Numbered from the stretch's first letter, positions 1 through 9,260 are shown. The stretch is 24,069 nt of DNA from Candidatus Bathyarchaeota archaeon (GCA_963826715.1 CAWGYA010000004.1:1-24069); one strand, 5' to 3'. Notes: generated by a model from the letters alone, not told the origin. Numbers and translations are program-made.

Positions 1-15
1 GCGCCGCCGAAAGGA
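1..15 (-). other. tRNA 3'-end-like fragment (possible att scar), cut by window edge
   Basis: Minus strand reads TCCTTT-CGGCGGC-G-C, resembling T-stem 3' strand, acceptor 3' strand, G discriminator and first C of an archaeal GCCGCCG-starting tRNA (e.g. Asn). No matching T-loop or 5' half is visible. Confidence 0.3.
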
Positions 16-301
16 AACGCGACTCCAGCCACACCTGTATACTGTATCTCTTCTTTTTTTGATTAAAAATCTCTTCAAGTTATTGTTATACTTGGGAGCT
101 TAGAATTTTTGATTTAGCACTTCGCGCTTGATGTCGACACAATTTTTCCTTGTTTCGCGTTTCTCCTTTTTCTTGGATATTCTCTTAAACCAATTGAAGT
201 AGCGTTAATATATTGATAACCAAAAACATCTTTGAACTGATAGACCTGAAGAAGCTCACTCGAAAAAGATTTTAAAAAAATTCGTCAGACTTGGACACCT
301 C

Positions 302-348
302 GGAGCCGGGGACGGGCTTTTGAGTTGAAGTACGATTCCCTAACCCGC
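302..348 (-). other. degenerate tRNA 3'-half-like fragment
   Basis: Minus strand GCGGG-TT...(27-nt loop)...CCCGT-CCCCGGC-T-CC: T-stem-like pair, acceptor 3' strand, discriminator and CC. No 5' half found. Confidence 0.35.
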
Positions 349-570
349 TTAGACTTCAAAGGAGTGTTTTGCATACAGATTACCGAATCCTCCAGTAGCA
401 TAATTGGGTATAAAAATGAGCCTTGATACGTACAACATTATTAATACTAGTTTGTTAGTCACTGAATATCAATCAAGTGGACTAAAAGTATCAAATTGAA
501 TTACATCTTTGGATTTTTGCCTTAGCAAATGGTTCAAAGAGACAGGATTATCTAAAGAGGAACTTGTGAA

Positions 571-3500
571 ATGTCTAAAGTTGAACAATCAGTTATAACC
601 GTAGGTATTGGCGCTTCTGCAGGCGGATTAGAAGCGTTCAAAGTTTTGTTCGAATGTTTATCTGTCGACACAGGTCTTGCTTTTGTTATTGTCCAGCATT
701 TAGCGACTGGTCAAGAAAGCATGCTGACAGATATTCTCTCAAGATTTACAAAAATGCCCGTCCAAACTGTCAAAGATGGCATTCCCGTCGAACCGAACCA
801 CGTCTACGTGATTCCGCCTGGAAAAATCATGACAATGGAAAACAAGGTTCTCAAGCTCAACTCAAAGGGTAAGGCAATCAAACCCATAGATACATTCTTC
901 ATTTCTCTGGCTGAAAATTTGAAAACTCAAAGCTTAGGAATTGTGCTATCTGGAACGGGTTCTGATGGAACAGAAGGTCTAAAAGCCATCAAAACTCAAG
1001 GAGGAATAACTTTTGCACAAACTCCACTCTCTGCCCAATATGGCGACATGCCCCAAAGCGCAATTTCCGCCGAAGCAGCAGATTTTGTTCTGCCACCAGA
1101 TAAAATTGCAGAAGAACTTCAAATAATCGCTACAAACCCTCAAATAGCACGGAACGAAATAGCGGCAAAAGAAGAAACTGGAACAAAAGCAGCAAAACCA
1201 AAAAAAGAAACAAGCTTAAACGCAATATTTACATTGCTAAAGCTCAATTTCAATGTTGATTTCTCACATTTCAAAGAAACAGTTGTAAACAGGCGTGTCT
1301 CACGCCGAATGGTAATCAACCACATAGAAAAAATAACGAATTATGCAAACTATCTGCGGACGCATCCAAACGAATTGGAAGCTTTATACGCTGATATGCT
1401 AATAGGTGTAACAAGTTTCTTTAGAGAACCTGAAACATTTGTTGCACTCAAAGAAACGGTGTTTCCCAGTTTAGTGAAAAATCGCTCGCCAAATGAACCT
1501 ATTCGGTTTTGGATTTCAGCTTGTTCAACTGGCGAAGAAGCATATTCATTCGCCATAGCAATCCAGGAATACCTAGAAGAAAACGCAATAACTGAGCTTC
1601 AAGTGCAAATTTTCGGCACAGACATAAACGAAAAAAACATTGAAAAAGCAAGACAAGGAATCTACCCAATAACCATAGAAACAGATGTCGATGAAAAGCG
1701 ACTGAAACGGTTCTTTAAAAGCATCAATGGCCACTATCAAATCTCTAAGCCTATTCGGGATAAGTGTGTTTTTGCGAAGCAAGATATTACGGCTGATCCG
1801 CCCTTTTCTAATATGGATCTAATCAGTTGCCGTAATATGCTAATCTACTTTGATGAGAATCTCCATGAAAGAGTAGTTCCTACGTTGCATTACGCATTAA
1901 AAATGGGTGGTTTTCTTGTCCTTGGGCAATCTGAAAGTATCGGAAAATTCACCCAGTTATTTGAATCCATAAGCAAAAGGAGTGCCATCTACATAAAAAA
2001 GAAAGCCCAGCCCCGAGTAGAATTTGGGCTTCAAGCAGCAATGCCTTATTTAAAGCGTAAGGGCGTGAAAGGAAGCGAGAAGAAAGATGCGCTTTCAGAT
2101 TTGAAAGATGAGGTTGATAGATTGCTAGTCACTGAGTATGTGCCTGCAGCCTTGTTGATTAATGCTGATTTGGACATTCTTATTTTTCGGGGAAATATTG
2201 CACCGTTTGTTTTACCTGAATCAGGATTGGCGAGTTTGAATCTTGCAAAGATTATCCGTAAGGGGTTAAGATCTGAGGTTCAGACAGCGATCTATAGGGC
2301 AAAAAAAGAGGATGCCCCTGTCAAAGAAAATGCTGTGCGTTTTGAATATGCTGGAGAACAGAAGACTATTAACATTCAAGTAGTGCCGATGCATGTTGAA
2401 CAGTATGAGTCGCCTTTTTTCCTTCTGTTGTTTGAAGATGTAAGTTCAGCGGCAAATCTTTTACGCCAAACAAATGAATTGAATATTACCCCTGAGGGTC
2501 GTGAAAACGTTAAAGATCGCCAGAATAGGGATCTTCGGGAAGAGTTAGATTCGACTAAACAAACTTTGCAGAGAATTATTGAAACTCAAGAAGCTACTAA
2601 CGAAGAATTGAGAACTACTATGGAAGAGGCGCAGTCAAGCAACGAGGAGTTGCAAAGCACCAACGAAGAATTGGAAACAGCAAAAGAAGAACTCCAGTCA
2701 AGCAACGAAGAATTAAAGACGTTGAACGATGAGGTGAAGAACCGAAACCAAATGCTTGCACAATTGAACGATGACTTAACCAACGTGAATAAAAACGTGG
2801 ATCCCGCCATTGTTATCCTCGATAAAAGCCTAAAGATTAGGTTGTTTTCGCCTTCGGCACAGAAAATCCTGAATCTTTCGCCATCAACGCTTGGACTACC
2901 GATCACGGGCGTCAAACTGAGTATAACAGTTGAAAACTTGGAAGAAGCAATTTCAGAAGTTGTTTCTGTACTCACTTCTATTACCCGAGAGGTGAAGGAT
3001 GCACAAGGTCAACATTACGAAATGCGAATACGCCCGTACATAACACAAGAAGATATGATAGACGGTGCTGTTTTGTCCTTCACCGATATTGAAGATAGAA
3101 AAAAACTTGAAAAAGCTCTACGACTGGCCGCTATTGGTGAAACAGCAGGTATGGTGGGTCATGATATTCGAAATCCACTACAGGCGATAGTTAGCGATGT
3201 TTTCTTAGCGAAGACATATTTAGCTTCTTTTCCAGATAATGAAGAGAAGAAAAATCTTGCAGAAAGCCTAGATGCCATTGAGAGGAATACAGATTACATC
3301 AATAAAATTGTAGCTGACTTGCAAGATTATGCAAAGACGATCAACCCTGTTGCTCAAGAAACTGACTTAGGCGCCTTATGCAAGGAGGTGCTGTTAGCAA
3401 AAAGCATACCCCAAAACATCAAGACCTCATGTAATATCGAAAACACGGCTAAAAATATCATATCTGATGGTGCTTTGCTAAAGCGTGTTCTTGACAATTT

Positions 3501-3789
3501 GGTCTCTAATGCCGTTCAAGCTATGCCTAACGGTGGAGAGCTATCTATGAGGGCAAGCCAAGAAGCAGGTGACATTCTCATCACTATTCATGATACAGGT
3601 ATCGGAATCCCAGATAAAGTCAAGCCGAACCTTTTCACTCCATTCTTCACCACCAAATCAAAAGGTCAAGGTTTAGGATTAGCCGTGGTAAAGCGCATGA
3701 TTGAAGCAATAAACGGAACAGTAACCTTCGAAAGCACAGAAGGAAATGGCACAACTTTCATAGTGCGTTTCCCTCTCAAAAAGAGTTAA
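571..3789 (+). CDS. CheB methylesterase-CheR methyltransferase-coiled coil-PAS-histidine kinase fusion
   Basis: CheB triad motifs GASAGG, VQH, GSDG. CheR motifs SACSTGEEAYS and ISCRNMLIYF. EELQSxNEEL heptad coiled coil and PAS-like region. H-box GHDIRNPL, N-box NLVSNA, DTGIGI, FTPFFTTK, GQGLGL. Confidence 0.95.
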   Translation: MSKVEQSVITVGIGASAGGLEAFKVLFECLSVDTGLAFVIVQHLATGQESMLTDILSRFTKMPVQTVKDGIPVEPNHVYVIPPGKIMTMENKVLKLNSKGKAIKPIDTFFISLAENLKTQSLGIVLSGTGSDGTEGLKAIKTQGGITFAQTPLSAQYGDMPQSAISAEAADFVLPPDKIAEELQIIATNPQIARNEIAAKEETGTKAAKPKKETSLNAIFTLLKLNFNVDFSHFKETVVNRRVSRRMVINHIEKITNYANYLRTHPNELEALYADMLIGVTSFFREPETFVALKETVFPSLVKNRSPNEPIRFWISACSTGEEAYSFAIAIQEYLEENAITELQVQIFGTDINEKNIEKARQGIYPITIETDVDEKRLKRFFKSINGHYQISKPIRDKCVFAKQDITADPPFSNMDLISCRNMLIYFDENLHERVVPTLHYALKMGGFLVLGQSESIGKFTQLFESISKRSAIYIKKKAQPRVEFGLQAAMPYLKRKGVKGSEKKDALSDLKDEVDRLLVTEYVPAALLINADLDILIFRGNIAPFVLPESGLASLNLAKIIRKGLRSEVQTAIYRAKKEDAPVKENAVRFEYAGEQKTINIQVVPMHVEQYESPFFLLLFEDVSSAANLLRQTNELNITPEGRENVKDRQNRDLREELDSTKQTLQRIIETQEATNEELRTTMEEAQSSNEELQSTNEELETAKEELQSSNEELKTLNDEVKNRNQMLAQLNDDLTNVNKNVDPAIVILDKSLKIRLFSPSAQKILNLSPSTLGLPITGVKLSITVENLEEAISEVVSVLTSITREVKDAQGQHYEMRIRPYITQEDMIDGAVLSFTDIEDRKKLEKALRLAAIGETAGMVGHDIRNPLQAIVSDVFLAKTYLASFPDNEEKKNLAESLDAIERNTDYINKIVADLQDYAKTINPVAQETDLGALCKEVLLAKSIPQNIKTSCNIENTAKNIISDGALLKRVLDNLVSNAVQAMPNGGELSMRASQEAGDILITIHDTGIGIPDKVKPNLFTPFFTTKSKGQGLGLAVVKRMIEAINGTVTFESTEGNGTTFIVRFPLKKS

Positions 3790-3919
3790 ACGTAAATTAA
3801 AATTTTAAGCGAGATTAGATTCTAATTTCTTTTCTAAGAACGAATAAGGTGGCGTTAGACTCACTTCCCTCGCCCACGCTGTTGGGGAACCGACCCCCTG
3901 TCCAGTCATGTTAGTTTTT

Positions 3920-3945
3920 GTACTTGGGATGGGAATTGAATCCTA
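3920..3945 (-). other. highly degenerate tRNA T-arm/acceptor-like fragment
   Basis: Minus strand TAGGA-TTCAATT-CCCAT-CCCAAGT-AC resembles a T-loop plus 3' end, but the T-stem is mismatched. Confidence 0.2.
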
Positions 3946-4162
3946 ACCAGCATGGCGACATCGCCAATTCTGCTTCTTCTACACCAGACACTTTCTTTTT
4001 TTTATCTTAATGAGCTGTTTTAAGAAACTTTGCACTTGACGAAAAATGATAATGATGATTACCCTTATCCGGAAAAACATAACTTTAATCTACATTACTC
4101 CTTTCAGTGGCGATGCTCCTATTGATCGCTCTTTCTGATGTTTTCTCAACTATGATTGTGGA

Positions 4163-4191
4163 AAACCGTTTTTCGTTTCAAAAAACGGTTT
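4163..4191. promoter_or_regulatory. 11-bp perfect inverted repeat (candidate operator)
   Basis: AAACCGTTTTT (4163-4173), 7-nt spacer, AAAAACGGTTT (4181-4191), about 175 bp upstream of the 4366 gene. Confidence 0.45.
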
Positions 4192-4365
4192 AAGAAACTG
4201 CATGCTTTGAACAAAACTTAATATTGATTAAGCAGATATTACGCTTAGGGCTTTTTGAATAAGGAGTATTTTATATGGTTAATGAACATAGTACAACTTT
4301 GAATTTTAGAACCCGAAATTTTTCCAAACCCTTGCACAGGTATTTATTCAAAAGAGGTGTGCCAT

Positions 4366-6210
4366 TTGGCGCTTACCAGTAATTCTGATTTTTATGTTTC
4401 AATACAGGACGCTGGAATAAATCGTGTTGTAAAACACGTAATGCGGCAACGCCCTTCACTATTTAATTACGGCACATCTTTTGTATCTCGCAGTCCCGAA
4501 TTGCTATGCAAAAGAATCGAGGTTGCACCAGAAGTTCTGGAAGTCGGCAACTCACTAATTACTGTCCTTGACCCATTACCTGTTATTGGAACAAACTTGG
4601 GATTGAATTACTGCGTTCAACTAACTAAAGGAGAAATTGACTTTCACCCAGAAAACATCATAGCTCTTCCACCAGAACTTCACCCATTAGCAACTCAACA
4701 CCTCAGCGTTCACTTTCAAGTTTGCGCAGGTATCGGATGCCCCACCGGAAGACTACCTCTTCCAGGAAAATTCTCAACTTCAGTCTTAACCGCAGCTCGA
4801 ATATCAAGATCAAAAATATCTTCAGCCGACACAATCCAACCTTCTTTGAAAAATGGAATAGCCCTCCCTGGCAAAGAGATTGTTGTAATTCCAACATCTA
4901 AGCTAGACTGCTTCTGTCTGGACCTGTATGCAACGGCTGGCGCCAAGATAATGGGACCAGTAGGGGATCAAACAATCTTGCCCACTGTTGACGGGATAGA
5001 AATTGTGGACTTAAAGCCTGAAGGATTAGAAAACAGCATCGAATGCTATGCCTTACTAGCACTTAATCAAGGAATAATTCCGCCCCTTGCTTCCTCAATT
5101 TCTAATTTAGCCTTTGGCATAATTGATTTGCCCGACAATATGGGCAAACTACGTGTTTCAGGTTCAACTTCTGTACCAAACAACCCAGCAATCGAACATA
5201 ACCAACTAAAAGCTTTCATTAATCTTGATCAGGTTGACCTAAACATACAGATTAATCCGATAGATTGCCAACTGCCAAGTGGAGGAAGCGGACCCGCAAT
5301 AATAAGAACATCCCGTGCCAGGACCCGAACCGGAACTTTCGATTTAACCGCGGCCATTTCTCAAAAAGCGTTCGAAAAGATTTTTGCAGGAGTTATAAAT
5401 GGGTTCAAGGTTCACTGTGCAGATGGCGGTAGCTTTGGGCCATTCTCCGCCAATTATGATGTTGTAGCACATTTGGAGGGTGGTTCAGTCGATTTGAAAA
5501 GTAACGGAACCATTAAAATTTCTGAATTAGACATTAAATGGGATACTCTTAGCCTTAATCTATGCGTTGATATTCCCGAAGTCTGCACACCAGGGGGTTG
5601 TATAATCCCGATTCCCTTCGACGGCTGCGCTTTAGATGTGCCCTCTTACTGCTTCTTTAGTGCCAACCCAGATTTCTGCATCCCATTGAACATAGGCGGC
5701 TTATTGACTTCAGAGATAACTTTCACCGCTGGAATACAAGTTTTCTATGGGACCAGTCCAGGATTACCTAATCGATGGCAAATTGTAATAGTGCCAACAT
5801 TGCCATTTGACCTTGACATTATTGATGTCGCTGACACCGTAGGGGACTTGGTGGAGAACGCGGTTGATGCTGCGATTGACGGTATTCTTGGCGGCTTTCC
5901 AGACTGGGCAAAGGATGTCTTCAGGTTTCTTTTCGGACCGCTGGACGATTTCATACGCTTCGCTCTCGACATTCCAGATGACATCGGCGAATGGATTTTG
6001 GACGCTCTAACAGATTTGGGAGTTTTTGATGTTCTATTGTCTGCTTTGAACGGTTTTCTAACTACTTTGGTGCCGCCGCTTGAAATAGAAGACCCTCTTC
6101 CGATACTTCCAGCTGAAGTTGGGTTGATACCGGTAAAGCTGCCGATTGAGTTCATCGGTGTTAAAATTGACGGTGATGAGATGACGATTGAAGGAGATAT
6201 AGGGAATTAG
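4366..6210 (+). CDS. hypothetical Cys-rich two-domain protein (possible tubular lipid-binding-like fold)
   Basis: Long ORF. GAGGTG at 4354-4359 favours TTG 4366 over GTG 4357 as start. Two halves with similar N-terminal strand-helix patterns are joined by a Gly/Ser linker. Confidence 0.85.
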   Translation: MALTSNSDFYVSIQDAGINRVVKHVMRQRPSLFNYGTSFVSRSPELLCKRIEVAPEVLEVGNSLITVLDPLPVIGTNLGLNYCVQLTKGEIDFHPENIIALPPELHPLATQHLSVHFQVCAGIGCPTGRLPLPGKFSTSVLTAARISRSKISSADTIQPSLKNGIALPGKEIVVIPTSKLDCFCLDLYATAGAKIMGPVGDQTILPTVDGIEIVDLKPEGLENSIECYALLALNQGIIPPLASSISNLAFGIIDLPDNMGKLRVSGSTSVPNNPAIEHNQLKAFINLDQVDLNIQINPIDCQLPSGGSGPAIIRTSRARTRTGTFDLTAAISQKAFEKIFAGVINGFKVHCADGGSFGPFSANYDVVAHLEGGSVDLKSNGTIKISELDIKWDTLSLNLCVDIPEVCTPGGCIIPIPFDGCALDVPSYCFFSANPDFCIPLNIGGLLTSEITFTAGIQVFYGTSPGLPNRWQIVIVPTLPFDLDIIDVADTVGDLVENAVDAAIDGILGGFPDWAKDVFRFLFGPLDDFIRFALDIPDDIGEWILDALTDLGVFDVLLSALNGFLTTLVPPLEIEDPLPILPAEVGLIPVKLPIEFIGVKIDGDEMTIEGDIGN

Positions 6211-6221
6211 AGGTGATTGTT

Positions 6222-6965
6222 ATGATTAACCGTTTTATTTTCTCTCAAGTGAATCTGGATAGCGGTTCACTTACCGTGTTGGCTTCAGTTGTGCACAAGT
6301 TATCTGAATCAGGCGTGTATTACGGCAAAATCACAAGAGGCGAAAATGAAGTGGGCCGATTCAAAATAGTGGTTGACCAAACATCGACAGCATCAAGCAT
6401 CAAAATCGATTTAAAAGCGTTAGATTTGCCGCCTTCGCAGCTTTCTCTAAGTGAAGACTGCAACTGCTTTAACCTAGATCCCAACGGGCACGCGGTATTC
6501 TTAGTTTCGACAGGGGCAGGCGGTTACACGGTTGAAATTGAAAAATCAGGAAACGAATGCGGCAAAAAAGTGTTTGATAATCGAGAACTGTCAAGCGAAG
6601 ACTTGTTTGTAGCTACTTTGCTGCGTCCTGGCGCTTACAGAATTGTTAATGTCCTGACAAAAGTGGAAGCTAAGCTAAATGTTGCTTACCCTGAAATCGG
6701 AAAAACACCCCGAAACTCTCCACCCGTTAAAGTGGAATGCACCGATAAAGCAATCACGCCATCAAAAATTGCAGTTAATCCTGGCCAAAGCATAGTGTTT
6801 AGTTTCAAGGTTCATTCAAGAGTAAAGATAGAACTTGTTGAGCCAGAAGACCGAAATAAGCAAGAGATTACGTCAAAGAAACAAGCAAAGCAGACGAAAA
6901 TCCAGTCTAAAGGTGAACTTACTACTAAGCAGGTGGTTCGCCGATTACGGTTGAATCCTCTTTAA
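6222..6965 (+). CDS. hypothetical protein with cupredoxin-like beta-sandwich motifs lacking copper ligands
   Basis: RBS GAGGTGA at 6210-6216 before ATG 6222, so coupled to the upstream gene. Motifs FDNRELSSEDLFVATLLRPGAYRI and ITPSKIAVNPGQSIVF. Confidence 0.8.
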   Translation: MINRFIFSQVNLDSGSLTVLASVVHKLSESGVYYGKITRGENEVGRFKIVVDQTSTASSIKIDLKALDLPPSQLSLSEDCNCFNLDPNGHAVFLVSTGAGGYTVEIEKSGNECGKKVFDNRELSSEDLFVATLLRPGAYRIVNVLTKVEAKLNVAYPEIGKTPRNSPPVKVECTDKAITPSKIAVNPGQSIVFSFKVHSRVKIELVEPEDRNKQEITSKKQAKQTKIQSKGELTTKQVVRRLRLNPL

Positions 6966-7053
6966 GGATTCAGTCTCCTTTTTTCTTTAGAAGCTTTTTT
7001 TTAATAAGTTTTTTATTGCTAAGTTGCTGTTGGTTTGTGGGGAAAAGTTAAAG

Positions 7054-7875
7054 ATGGTTCTAATTGCAGGAAAAGTATACCAAGTAGAATATGACTTAAA
7101 AGACAAATATGTTACTGAGGGTCTTTTAGTGGCCTTTTCCGATGAGTTAGCTTTGGATTTTTTGCCAGTTATTTATGATCCAAGAGGTTACGGCAGCGTT
7201 CCCTACCCTCCTGAAATTATAGCTTACAGGTTGATTATGGATTTAAAAAAACAAAGACTCTGCATTGTTTATGAAATATATTGGAAACGACAAGACTGCA
7301 CTTGGCAGGAGCTAAATAAAGACCATGACCATGATTACGAGCAAGTTCAAGTTCATTTTGATTTATCTGTAGGTACAGTTAACAAAGTTGTTGTGTCTTC
7401 GACTGGACCTGTAGAAAACGCTGGTCACGGAGTTGAGGTTTTTTCTCATGTCTCTTCCGTGAAGGTTAGAACGGTGCCCTATGTTACATCCTCTGAGAAA
7501 GCTTTTCCTTGGGGAACAAAAAACGGGCAGAATAACGCGACTCAAATAAGAGAAATACCCATTGAGCATTTACTGTTAGATAACAATAATCCGCCTATTG
7601 TGGTTCTTAACTGCTATCACGCTTTTGCAGGGTTAAAGCGTGTATTAATGCCTGATGAAAGAGTTGTCTTGAACCCAGAGTTAGTGCATCTTGACAAAAA
7701 GCTTCTTGACAAGTGGTATTATCTTTATGCGGTAAACAGGTTTGGACATGACCTTTCCAACCCCTTCAGAGAACCTTACATAATGTATTTTCCCCCGCCT
7801 GAAGACTGGGTATCAAGGTTGGCATATGGTTTTTTATGGTTCTTCTCGTCCCTGAAAAGGATAATTGGCTTGTAA
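7054..7875 (+). CDS. hypothetical protein, NPP1/NLP-like motif
   Basis: ATG 7054 is in frame with the listed ORF. IVYEIYWKRQD...DHDHDYEQVQVHF parallels NLP AIMYxWYFPKD...GHRHDWExVVVW. Confidence 0.75.
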   Translation: MVLIAGKVYQVEYDLKDKYVTEGLLVAFSDELALDFLPVIYDPRGYGSVPYPPEIIAYRLIMDLKKQRLCIVYEIYWKRQDCTWQELNKDHDHDYEQVQVHFDLSVGTVNKVVVSSTGPVENAGHGVEVFSHVSSVKVRTVPYVTSSEKAFPWGTKNGQNNATQIREIPIEHLLLDNNNPPIVVLNCYHAFAGLKRVLMPDERVVLNPELVHLDKKLLDKWYYLYAVNRFGHDLSNPFREPYIMYFPPPEDWVSRLAYGFLWFFSSLKRIIGL

Positions 7876-8452
7876 CATCACCTCTTTTTTAGTAGTATAC
7901 GAAATGGCAAGTTCATCGTCGTTTGGGGAAACGTGGCGAACTAAAAGCCGACGGCTGAAGAAAAATGCACGCGACTGGAAGGTGTCTTTGAATAGTGAAA
8001 GAAATTGATGAGCATAAACCATTAGGAAAAAAAAATAAAATACAACTATAACTTAATGCTGAAATAAAACTTTAATCTCTTAAGGCTTTCAGTGGAAATT
8101 TCTATTCTTAGCAAAAATCATTTTTTTATTTTTAATCCTTCAGCGGCCCTCAATTTACCATTCTATTTGTTCATAGGTTGTTTTGGAGGAAATTGATAGA
8201 ATGCTTTCAGTAGACTGTTATATCTTCTATAAAATTAAAGTGATAAAATCTCCTGCAATTTTCTTTTCCATTTTTTAATAAAAGTGATTTCTTTCTTAGC
8301 AGATATGGAAAGAAGACCTTTCATTACGGGTTCAAGCAAAAGTAGTTGAGCATACAGTGATTTAGTTCAGCAAACCATTTTTTAGTGTATTCAAAGCTAT
8401 GACTTAACACTTATAAGTTAAGACTGACTATGTTTTTTTAAGGTGAAATAAA

Positions 8453-8761
8453 TTGGTGAATGTAACAAGCTACCATATTTTGATCTATGGAAGCGCGCAA
8501 GGATATCAAACAAATAGAGCCCAAATACAGCTTAGTAATGGTGCCACAGTGGTTGCATGGATTAGATTCAACGATCCTGGGATGACCTTCGAAAACGATA
8601 GCAATGTAAACGGAATTATAAAGATGCATTTGCCGTCTACAATGTTCCAAAGCGTTATAGACATTCTTCGCAACGAAAAACCAATAAACGTGTACTTTGC
8701 TCAAGGCCGCGGCTTTTTTGGAACAAGTACTTCTGAACCAGTGGGCGAAGCAGAGAAATAG
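8453..8761 (+). CDS. small hypothetical protein (102 aa)
   Basis: RBS AGGTGA at 8441-8446, TATA-like TTATAA at 8411-8416, globular composition, C-terminus LRNEKP...EPVGEAEK, downstream T-tracts. Confidence 0.8.
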   Translation: MVNVTSYHILIYGSAQGYQTNRAQIQLSNGATVVAWIRFNDPGMTFENDSNVNGIIKMHLPSTMFQSVIDILRNEKPINVYFAQGRGFFGTSTSEPVGEAEK

Positions 8762-8963
8762 ATAAACCATAAAGTTAAAACAACATCTATAAATTTTCTC
8801 TCCTTTTTTAAGGTATTTGTTTAAGATTATTTTTGCACAAATTTTATTTTCTCGGGACCCAATATAGTGAGTGTTGTCTTGTTTTGTGGTGTCTTGAGAG
8901 TTAACTCGCTTTGTTGTCTTTTCTCCTGGTGTTGAAGTTAAACTCAGGAAGGCACAGTTAAGC

Positions 8964-9260
8964 TTGGGCAAAGTTGAAGCTGAAACCGTTAAGAAACCAT
9001 CATCAAACCGTTCAACAAAGGAGCGTAGAAACACGCTATTTCGCGTATTAGACGGAGTTTTAAGCCTATCCCACAAAAAAATTCACACAGGCGGCAACAG
9101 CGATCGCGCTAAGCAGGGTTGGGCACGAGTTCTGGTTTCAGCCGTCTCAGCCTATGGTCCCTTGCTAAAGGATGAGGAGTTGGAGCTTCGGGTGATAACT
9201 TTAGAGGAGCAGCTCAAGAATGGCATATTGATACCGAAATCAGAGGAAAAGAAAAAATGA
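8964..9260 (+). CDS. small basic helical hypothetical protein (MGE-type)
   Basis: 98 aa with C-terminal coiled coil EELELRVITLEEQL. Its stop overlaps the next ATG (ATGA 9257-9260). Confidence 0.7.
   Translation: MGKVEAETVKKPSSNRSTKERRNTLFRVLDGVLSLSHKKIHTGGNSDRAKQGWARVLVSAVSAYGPLLKDEELELRVITLEEQLKNGILIPKSEEKKK

Noticed and set aside
2599-2730. Recurrent AACGA(A/G)GA(A/G)TT units at 21/42-bp spacing
   Set aside because: They encode the NEEL heptad coiled coil typical of CheB-CheR fusions. Not a CRISPR or non-coding repeat array.
1-3975. Intact tRNA genes
   Set aside because: Only 3'-end-like fragments. No acceptor 5' strand, D-arm or anticodon arm could be folded.
7834-8380. Short ORFs on both strands in the AT-rich spacer
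   Set aside because: No motifs or RBS. Possibly decayed genes but unsupported.
8871-8921. Three loose TGTTGTCTT-like direct repeats before the MGE-like operon
   Set aside because: Short, irregularly spaced and in GT-rich sequence. Too weak to call iterons or element ends.
8438-9076. 212-aa minus-strand ORF
   Set aside because: Antisense to two better-supported plus-strand genes and their spacer, with no motif.
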